NCBI GenBank assembly: GCA_041497895.1
Contig: JBGQHJ010000075.1
Span: 1 to 23,356, forward strand
DNA from: Candidatus Methylomirabilia bacterium
GTDB lineage: Bacteria > Methylomirabilota > Methylomirabilia > Rokubacteriales > CSP1-6
Length of the DNA: 23,356 bases
Reading direction: 5' to 3'
Made by a program: the position numbers and the translations under genes. Under the pieces are notes generated by a model. That model was given only the letters and a program-made list of their open reading frames with translations. It did not search any database and was not told the DNA's origin. Below are positions 17,158 to 23,356 of this stretch, one piece after another. Numbering within the stretch: position 1 is the stretch's first letter; each line of letters starts with the position of its first letter.

Positions 17158-18342
17158 TCAGGTGTGCAGCGGAGCGGCCAGCGCGCGCAGCCGGGCCACG
17201 ATGGGCGGCAGGCGCTCCAGCACCGCGTCCACGTCGGCCGCGGTGTTCCAGCGTCCCAGCGTGAAGCAGAGCGAGCCCTCCGCCTCCTCGGGCGGGCACC
17301 CGATGGCGCGGAGCACGTGCGAGGTCGTCTGCGTGAGCGAAGCGCACGCCGAGCCCGAGGAGGCCGCGATGCCGGCCAGGTCCAGGTCGAGCAGGACGCT
17401 GTCGGCCTTCACGCCCCGGAGCACCAGGCTCAGGTGGTGGGGCAGGCGCGCGCTCCGCGCCCCGGTGAACCGGCAGTCCGGAATCGCCCCGAGGAGGCCG
17501 CTCGCCAGCCGGTCGCGCAGGGCCGCGAGTCGCCCGGCCTCCTGGTGCGCGCCTTCCACCCGCATCAGCTCGGCGGCCACCCCGAACCCCACCATGCCGG
17601 GCAGGTTCTCGGTGCCCGAGCGGAAGCCGCCCTCCTGCCCTCCGCCCAGCATCTGCGGGTGGATGCGGAGGCCGGGTCGCACCCAGAGCGCGCCGCTGCC
17701 GGGCGGCCCGTAGAGATCGTTGCCGGAGATGGTCAGAAGATCGATGCCCATGGCCTCGACGTTGAGCGGCACACGCCCGAGAGCGCCCACCCCGTCCACG
17801 TGGAGCGGCACCCCGGCCTCCCGGGTCACCCGGCCCAGCTCCTTGAGCGGCTGGAGCGTGCCGATCTCGGGGTTCGCGGCCGCGATGGAGACGAGCGTGG
17901 TGTCCGGGGTCAGAACCGCGCGCAGCATGCCCGGATCGACGCACCCGTCCCCGTCCACCGGCAGGAAGCACAGGATGGCGCCGGCCTTCTCGAGGTCGCG
18001 GCAGGTGTTGATCACCGAGATGTGCTCGACGGCCGACAGCACCACCCGGACCGTGGCCGGGCGCGCGCGCAGTGCCACGCCCTTGATGGCCAGGTTGTTG
18101 GCCTCGGTCGCCCCGGAGGTGAAGACGAGGCCACCGGCGGCCCCTCCGCAGAGACGCGCCACCTTCACCCGGGCGGCGTCGAGCGACTCGCGGGCCTCCG
18201 CGCCGAGGGTGTGCCGCGCGGACGGGTTGCCGATGCCCGCCTCGAGGAACGGCCGGGTGACCGCAAGGACCCGCGGATCGACGGGGGCGAAGCCCGAGTA
18301 GTCGAGATAGACGCGCTCGGGCTCGGTCCCGTTGGACGCCAC
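17158..18342 (-). CDS. IscS/NifS-like protein lacking the PLP Schiff-base lysine (Lys->Asp)
   Basis: YLDY, GNPS..H..G, FTSGATEANNLAIKG, EH.SV, EIGTLQP, GGGQE.GFRSGTEN and SSGSAC are all IscS motifs, but the PLP loop reads TISGNDLYGP rather than SxHKxxGP. Confidence 0.92.
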   Translation of the reverse strand: MASNGTEPERVYLDYSGFAPVDPRVLAVTRPFLEAGIGNPSARHTLGAEARESLDAARVKVARLCGGAAGGLVFTSGATEANNLAIKGVALRARPATVRVVLSAVEHISVINTCRDLEKAGAILCFLPVDGDGCVDPGMLRAVLTPDTTLVSIAAANPEIGTLQPLKELGRVTREAGVPLHVDGVGALGRVPLNVEAMGIDLLTISGNDLYGPPGSGALWVRPGLRIHPQMLGGGQEGGFRSGTENLPGMVGFGVAAELMRVEGAHQEAGRLAALRDRLASGLLGAIPDCRFTGARSARLPHHLSLVLRGVKADSVLLDLDLAGIAASSGSACASLTQTTSHVLRAIGCPPEEAEGSLCFTLGRWNTAADVDAVLERLPPIVARLRALAAPLHT

Positions 18343-18345
18343 CGT

Positions 18346-18597
18346 CTACCGGGTCTTCCGGACCACGAAGCGGTAGACGACCCCGCTCCGGCCGACCGCG
18401 AGGAGGTCGTGACCGGTGCTCCGCGACCAGCTCCGCATGTCGGCCTCCGCGGCGGGATCGTCGGACAGCATCTCGAGGACTTCCCCGACCACCATCTGCG
18501 TCATGGCCTCCCGGGTCTTGACGATCGGCATCGGGCAGAACAGGCCGGTGCAGTCAATCTGCCTGTCAGGATTGACGAGTTTCGACTCCAGGACCAT
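18346..18597 (-). CDS. tusA: Sulfur carrier protein, TusA/SirA family
   Basis: 83 aa; IDCTGLFCPMPIVK (CPxP motif), GEVLEMLSDDP.AE.D...W...GH; ends 3 nt before the IscS-like gene. Confidence 0.92.
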   Translation of the reverse strand: MVLESKLVNPDRQIDCTGLFCPMPIVKTREAMTQMVVGEVLEMLSDDPAAEADMRSWSRSTGHDLLAVGRSGVVYRFVVRKTR

Positions 18598-18605
18598 CGG
18601 AAGCT

Positions 18606-18635
18606 ACCGTACCTCACCGGTCGTCGCCCCGTCAA
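18606..18635 (-). promoter_or_regulatory. Sigma70 promoter of the tusA operon (near-leaderless)
   Basis: Minus strand TTGACG (18635-18630), 18-nt spacer, TACGGT (18611-18606); the ATG follows 8 nt later. Confidence 0.55.
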
Positions 18636-18727
18636 GGAAGCCCCCGGGGGCCGGGGTGGCGCCAGCGGGTGTGAAATTCCCACCCCACCGGTGGCCGGAG
18701 GCCGATATTCTGGAGGCGGCCCAGACA

Positions 18728-19756
18728 ATGCCAAAGCGCCCGACGGCCCCGCAGACGCCCGCCGCACGCCGCATCAAGCGCAAGATCCTGGTGGCGATCA
18801 CCCTCACCGCGTTCCTGCCGATGCTGGTCGTCGCGTACCTCGTGTACTCCTACGCGTTTCCGCTCCTGGACGCGCAGACCCAGGAGCGCGACTTGCCCTG
18901 GATGCTCGTCATGCTGTGCGGCACCGGATTGCTGATGGCCTCGGGGAGCTTCATGCTCTGGGATCTCGCCACCTCGGTGGTCCGGCACGCCGACTCGACG
19001 GCGGGCAGCCGGCCGGTGCAGAAGCCGGGCACTCCGGCCCCGGTCGCGAGCCCGGAGACGGCAGCGGTGCAGGAGTACGTGCAGCAGAGCGACGAGGTGG
19101 ACTCGCTCATGCAGTCCTTCTCGCGCATGCTGGCCACCATCGAGCAGCAGGCCGCCGACGTCAACGAGTACGCGCGCCGCCTCGACACCGCGTACAAGGA
19201 TCTCGAGTCCACCAGCGCCCAGCTCAAGGAGTTCTCGTTCAAGGACGAGGTCACCGGGCTCTACAATCGCCGCTTCTTCTCCATCCGGCTCGAGGAAGAA
19301 GTCTCGCGCTACCGGCGCTTCAACCATCCGGTCTCGGTGGTCCTGCTCGATCTCGACAGCTTCAAGGCGGTCAACGACGACCTCGGGCACGCGGCGGGGG
19401 ACGAGACCCTCCGGGCGATGGCCGACATCCTCCTCAAGCAGTCCCGCGGCATCAACGTGATCTGCCGCTACGGCGGGGACGAGTTCGCGGTGCTCCTGGT
19501 CGAGACCTCCAAGAGCGGGGCCCGGCTCTACGCGGACCGCATCCGCTACGTGCTCTCGACTTGGGCCTTCGCCCACGGCCGTCGGGTCACCGCTAGCTTC
19601 GGCATCGCCTCCCTGCCCGAGGACGTGGCGCCCGCCGCCGACGAGCTGATCCGCGCCGCCGACGAGGCGCTCTACGCCGCGAAGCGGGCCGGCAAGAACC
19701 GCGTGTCCGTCCACGAGGACATCGGCACTGCCCCCGGAGTCCGACCCGGAGCGTGA
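18728..19756 (+). CDS. Membrane-anchored diguanylate cyclase (2 TM, coiled coil, GGDEF)
   Basis: Two hydrophobic segments, then D.VTGLYNRR, LLDLDSFKAVND.LGH.AGD..L, RYGGDEF, VTASFG, ADEALY.AK.AGKNR; RBS GGAGG. Confidence 0.93.
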   Translation: MPKRPTAPQTPAARRIKRKILVAITLTAFLPMLVVAYLVYSYAFPLLDAQTQERDLPWMLVMLCGTGLLMASGSFMLWDLATSVVRHADSTAGSRPVQKPGTPAPVASPETAAVQEYVQQSDEVDSLMQSFSRMLATIEQQAADVNEYARRLDTAYKDLESTSAQLKEFSFKDEVTGLYNRRFFSIRLEEEVSRYRRFNHPVSVVLLDLDSFKAVNDDLGHAAGDETLRAMADILLKQSRGINVICRYGGDEFAVLLVETSKSGARLYADRIRYVLSTWAFAHGRRVTASFGIASLPEDVAPAADELIRAADEALYAAKRAGKNRVSVHEDIGTAPGVRPGA

Positions 19757-20850
19757 CGGTGACGAGCGCGAGCACGGCGTCTCCCGGAGCCGGCCGCCGG
19801 CGCGTCCTCATCGTGGACGACGAGTCCGACATCCGCGTCACGCTGCGCGCCGCGTTCGGCTCCGCCGGCTACGACTGCCGCATCGCCGGCAACGGGGAAG
19901 AGGCGATGGCGATGTACGACGACGAGGGGGCGCCGCTCACCATCACCGACCTGAAGATGCCGCTGATGGACGGGCTCGAGCTCCTCCGTCACCTGCGCGC
20001 CCGGGACGCCGACGCCGCGGTCATCATGCTGACCGGCGCCGCCGACGTCGCGGTCGCGGTGGAGAGCCTCAAGCAGGGGGCGAGCGACTTCATCCTGAAG
20101 CCGGTCGACCTCGACCAGATCCTCCTCTCCGCCGAGCGGGCCCTGGAGCGGCGCGACCTCCTGATCGAGCACCGCGAGCACGAGAATCTCCTCGAGTGCC
20201 GGGTGGCCGAGGCCACCCGCGACCTGGGCTCGGCCCTCGCCGAGCTCCAGCAGACCTACCAGGCGACCCTCGAGGCCCTGGGCTCGGCCCTGGCCACCCG
20301 GGAGGTCGGCACCGAGCTGCACTCCCGTCGCGTGCACGCCTATTCGCTCGCGCTCGCGCGGGCGCATCGGGTCCCCGAGCCCGAGCTGGAAGCGCTCGGC
20401 CGGGGCGTCCTCCTGCACGACATCGGCAAGATCGGCATCTCCGACGCGATCCTCCTCAAGCCGGGCCCGCTCACCCCCGAGGAGTGGGCGACGATGCGGA
20501 GGCACCCGGAGGTGGGCCGGCAGCTCCTCGAGCGCATCCCGTTCCTGCGCGACGCGATCCCGGTGGTGTACCACCACCACGAGCGCTGGGACGGCTCCGG
20601 CTATCCGCTGGGCCTGGCCGGCCCCGCCATCCCGCTGGGGGCCCGGATCTTCGCGGTCGCGGACGCCTTCGACGCGCTCACCTTCGACCGGCCCTACTCG
20701 AAGGCCATGCCCATGGTCGTGGCGCGGGAGCGGATCCGCGTGGCCGCCGGCACCCACTTCGACCCCGACGTGGTGCTCACCTTCCTCGCCATGCCCCTGG
20801 GCGTCTTCGAGACGGCCCGCGCCCGCTCGCTCGACCGTCCCACCGCCTGA
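19753..20850 (+). CDS. Response regulator with HD-GYP phosphodiesterase domain (RpfG-like)
   Basis: Receiver VLIVDDE...TDLKMP.MDG...LKP, followed by HSRRV, LLHDIGKIG, HPEVG, HHHERWDGSGYP.GL.G..IP..ARI.AVADAFDA, RPYSKA, GTHFDP. GTGA overlap with the cyclase. Confidence 0.94.
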   Translation: MTVTSASTASPGAGRRRVLIVDDESDIRVTLRAAFGSAGYDCRIAGNGEEAMAMYDDEGAPLTITDLKMPLMDGLELLRHLRARDADAAVIMLTGAADVAVAVESLKQGASDFILKPVDLDQILLSAERALERRDLLIEHREHENLLECRVAEATRDLGSALAELQQTYQATLEALGSALATREVGTELHSRRVHAYSLALARAHRVPEPELEALGRGVLLHDIGKIGISDAILLKPGPLTPEEWATMRRHPEVGRQLLERIPFLRDAIPVVYHHHERWDGSGYPLGLAGPAIPLGARIFAVADAFDALTFDRPYSKAMPMVVARERIRVAAGTHFDPDVVLTFLAMPLGVFETARARSLDRPTA

Positions 20851-20854
20851 GCGC

Positions 20855-20892
20855 GTCGCACCCGCGACCGTGCGGGGCGACCGGCCCGCACG
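20855..20892. terminator. GC-rich hairpin(s) between convergent genes
   Basis: GTCGC-A-CCCGC...GCGGG-GCGAC, with an alternative stem CGTGCGGG...CCCGCACG, in the 44-nt gap between two stops. No U-tract. Confidence 0.35.
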
Positions 20893-20894
20893 CC

Positions 20895-22511
20895 TCAGGC
20901 GGGGCCGGTCAGGTGATACTTCTCGACCGCGTAGGCCTTCTGCTTGAACTTCTGCACCTTCCCGGAGCCGGTGAGCGGGAACCGATCCACGATCTCCACG
21001 TGCTTGGGCACCTTGAAGTTGGCGATCTTCCCGCGGGCGAACGCGGCGATCTCCTCCGCGGTGAGGGTCTGGCCCTCGCGCGGGATGACGAAGGCCATCA
21101 CCACCTCGCCCATGATCGGATCCGGCACCCCCACGATCGAGACGTCGAGCACCTTCGGGTGGCGGAGGAAGAAGTCCTCGATCTCGGCCGGATACGTGTT
21201 GAAGCCGCCGACGATGATCATGTCGGTCAGCCGCCCGGTGATCCGCACATAGCCGTCGGCGTCCTTCACCGCCATGTCGCCGGTGTGCAGCCACCCGTCG
21301 CGGATCTTCTGGGCGGTCGCCTCGGGCTTGTCGTAGTACCCGAGCATCAGGGTCGGGCCCTTGATGCAGAGCTCGCCCTCGACGCCCGGGCCGACCTCGG
21401 CGCCGGTCGCGGGATCCACGACCCGGTCCTCGATCTCGGACGTCCGCAGCCCCACCGTCGACACCCGCTTCTCGATCGGGTCACCGGATCGCGTCCAGTG
21501 AGTGCCGCCGGTGGCCTCGGTGAGCCCGTACACCACCAGCGCGTCCATCCCGAGGCCGCGCTCGGGATCGATGATCCGTCGCATGATCTCGACCGGAACC
21601 GGGGCCGCCCCGATGGAGCCGGTCCGCAGGGAGCGCAGGTCGTGCCGGCCGAACGCGGGGTGGCCCAGTATCGTGATGAACATGGTCGGCACACCCGAGA
21701 AGATCGTCACCCGCTCCGCCTCGATCAAACGCATCGCCTCGAGCGGGTCGAAGACGTCCATCACCACCTGGGTCGAGCCCACCAGGCAGTTGGCCGCGAT
21801 CCCGCCCATCGACCCGAAGATGTGGAAGTAGGGCACCGGGACCAGGTAGCGGTCCTCCGCGGTCCAGCGGTGCAGCTCGGTGTAGACGCGGCACTTGAAG
21901 TACATGTTGCGATGCGAGAGAAGGCAGCCCTTCGGCTCGCCGGTCGTGCCGGAGGTGTAGAGCATCTCCACCGGATCGTCGGGGCCGACCGCGATCCCAT
22001 CGAGACCGCGGCCGCCGGTCCGGCCGGCTCGCTCGACCTCCGCGAAGCCGACCGCGCCCGCCGGTCGCCGCTCGCCGAGCACGACCACGTGGCGGAGAGC
22101 CGGGAGTCCGGGCCCCGTCGCGCGTGCCTCCCGGAGGATCTCGAGGTAGTCGATCGAGCCGGCCGCGAAGCGGTCCACCATGATCAGCGCGCGCGCGGCG
22201 GACTGGCGCAGCACGTACTCCACCTCGACCGCCTTGTAGCGGCTGTTGCAGGTCACGGTCACCGCGCCGATCTTGGCGATGCCGAGGTTGGCGACGCTCC
22301 ACTCGACGCAGTTCGGCATCCACAGCACCACGTGGTCGCCCGGACCCAAGCCCAGGCCGAGCAGGCCGCGGGCGAAATCGTCGGCGCGCCGCTTGATCTC
22401 CGCGTAGGTGACCCGCTCGCCCTTGAACACCACCGCCTCGCGGTCGGGAAACCGCTCGGCGGACCGATCGACCATCTGCCCCAGCGTGAGGGCGGGCCCC
22501 GGATCGGTCAT
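20895..22511 (-). CDS. AMP-dependent acyl-CoA synthetase (long-chain-fatty-acid--CoA ligase family), 538 aa
   Basis: YTSGTTGEPKG, VPYFHIFG, YGLTE, GELC.KGP..MLGYY, GWLHTGD, ITGR..DMII.GGFN.YP.EIE, P.TGSGKVQK. ATG 22511 overlaps the upstream stop (ATGA). Confidence 0.95.
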   Translation of the reverse strand: MTDPGPALTLGQMVDRSAERFPDREAVVFKGERVTYAEIKRRADDFARGLLGLGLGPGDHVVLWMPNCVEWSVANLGIAKIGAVTVTCNSRYKAVEVEYVLRQSAARALIMVDRFAAGSIDYLEILREARATGPGLPALRHVVVLGERRPAGAVGFAEVERAGRTGGRGLDGIAVGPDDPVEMLYTSGTTGEPKGCLLSHRNMYFKCRVYTELHRWTAEDRYLVPVPYFHIFGSMGGIAANCLVGSTQVVMDVFDPLEAMRLIEAERVTIFSGVPTMFITILGHPAFGRHDLRSLRTGSIGAAPVPVEIMRRIIDPERGLGMDALVVYGLTEATGGTHWTRSGDPIEKRVSTVGLRTSEIEDRVVDPATGAEVGPGVEGELCIKGPTLMLGYYDKPEATAQKIRDGWLHTGDMAVKDADGYVRITGRLTDMIIVGGFNTYPAEIEDFFLRHPKVLDVSIVGVPDPIMGEVVMAFVIPREGQTLTAEEIAAFARGKIANFKVPKHVEIVDRFPLTGSGKVQKFKQKAYAVEKYHLTGPA

Positions 22512-23356
22512 CGCACGGGCGTCTGCTCGATGTGCTCCAGGAGCTGGCGGGCCCGCGCGGCCGCGACCGCCAGCTCCTCCGCCGCGATGCCCTCCTCGCG
22601 CGCCCGCCGGACGTGGGCGAGGAGCCGCTGCGCCTGCTCGAGCGCGGCCGCCCGGTCGCCGTCGCCCAGCGGCTGCGGGATCAGCTCGAGCCTCTGTCCC
22701 GCCATGTCCTCGAGGGTACGCACGAGCAGGTCGCGGGCGAGGGCGCGCCGGCGGGCGTCGAGACCCGGCACCGAGAGAGCCTCGAACAGCGCCCCGACCG
22801 CCGTGTCGAAGTCCCCCGCCCGCCAGCGGCGGAGGCCGAGCCGGGTGTGACCGCGCCAGAGGCGCCGGCCCACCCGGCCCCGCGCCTTCGCGGGCAGCCC
22901 CGCGGCCGGCTCGCAGTCGAGAAGGACCCGCGCGGTCTCGAGCGCGCCGCCGAGCGGCGTCTCGTCGCCCGCTCCCCGGCGCAGCGCCCGCCGCAGCCGC
23001 CACAGCTCGCGCGCGGTCGCGGTGGAGCAGACCTCGAGCAGGAATCCCGCGCTGTCCGGGCTCACGTCACCGCTCGTGACCGCCGACTCCACGACCCGTC
23101 GCGCCTCCGTCCACTCCCGTCCGCGCATGAGCGCGGCGGCGCGCTCGCGCCACTCGGGGACCTCCTCGGGGTCCGCCACCGCGGCCGGCGCCGGCGTCTC
23201 CACCGGCCTGGGCGCGGAAGGCGGCCGCCGCGCGAGGGCCGGCCGCGCGGGGCGCGCGGGCACGGCTTCCGGTCGCAGGAGCGCCGGCGCCCGCCGCCCC
23301 AGCCGGCGGCGGCGGGCGCGCAGCCGCGCGCGGGCGTCGCCTTCGAGCGCATCGGC
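22508..23356 (-). CDS. Hypothetical helical (TPR-like) protein; 5' end lies beyond the right edge
   Basis: The frame of the 22508..23263 ORF stays open to base 23356. A Pro/Ala/Arg linker is followed by amphipathic helices. ATGA coupling to the ligase supports it being real. Confidence 0.65.
   Translation of the reverse strand, partial: ADALEGDARARLRARRRRLGRRAPALLRPEAVPARPARPALARRPPSAPRPVETPAPAAVADPEEVPEWRERAAALMRGREWTEARRVVESAVTSGDVSPDSAGFLLEVCSTATARELWRLRRALRRGAGDETPLGGALETARVLLDCEPAAGLPAKARGRVGRRLWRGHTRLGLRRWRAGDFDTAVGALFEALSVPGLDARRRALARDLLVRTLEDMAGQRLELIPQPLGDGDRAAALEQAQRLLAHVRRAREEGIAAEELAVAAARARQLLEHIEQTPVR

Noticed and set aside
17158..18342. Calling the IscS-like gene a pseudogene
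   Set aside because: The ORF is full length and intact, and the substitutions are concerted and match a known natural Lys->Asp variant.
16978..22850. Very long alternative ORFs (872 aa, 884 aa, 540 aa and others)
   Set aside because: These are antisense or off-frame shadows of real genes, expected at ~70% GC; they are Arg/Pro/Gly-rich and have no motifs.
20895..23003. 702-aa extended acyl-CoA ligase
   Set aside because: The extension overlaps the upstream gene in another frame; ATG 22511 gives a typical length and ATGA coupling.

Overview
GC-rich (~70%) bacterial chromosomal window with no mobile element, CRISPR array or RNA gene. The gene style resembles Rokubacteria/Methylomirabilota, but that is an impression only. 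It has four blocks. (1) A minus-strand nitrogen-assimilation region: a sigma54-dependent NtrC-family activator, a stand-alone receiver protein, glnK-amtB-glnA, and a second ammonium transporter that runs off the left edge. Three sigma54 promoters are readable, and two of them carry paired TGCCY-N7-RGGCA enhancer palindromes. (2) A plus-strand coenzyme F420 cluster: LLM and PPOX F420-dependent enzymes, cofG, cofH, an inserted HU and a degenerate GNAT-like gene, cofD, cofC, cofE, npdG and an Ldh_2-family dehydrogenase. No nitroreductase/FbiB C-terminal domain is present, and CofC has an atypical His. (3) A minus-strand tusA - IscS-like - HAD operon. The IscS homologue has lost the PLP Schiff-base lysine (SGND instead of SxHK) and the substrate-binding Arg but keeps the persulfide Cys; this is the most unusual signal in the window. 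(4) A membrane diguanylate cyclase coupled to a receiver-HD-GYP phosphodiesterase, converging on an acyl-CoA ligase and a partial hypothetical gene.
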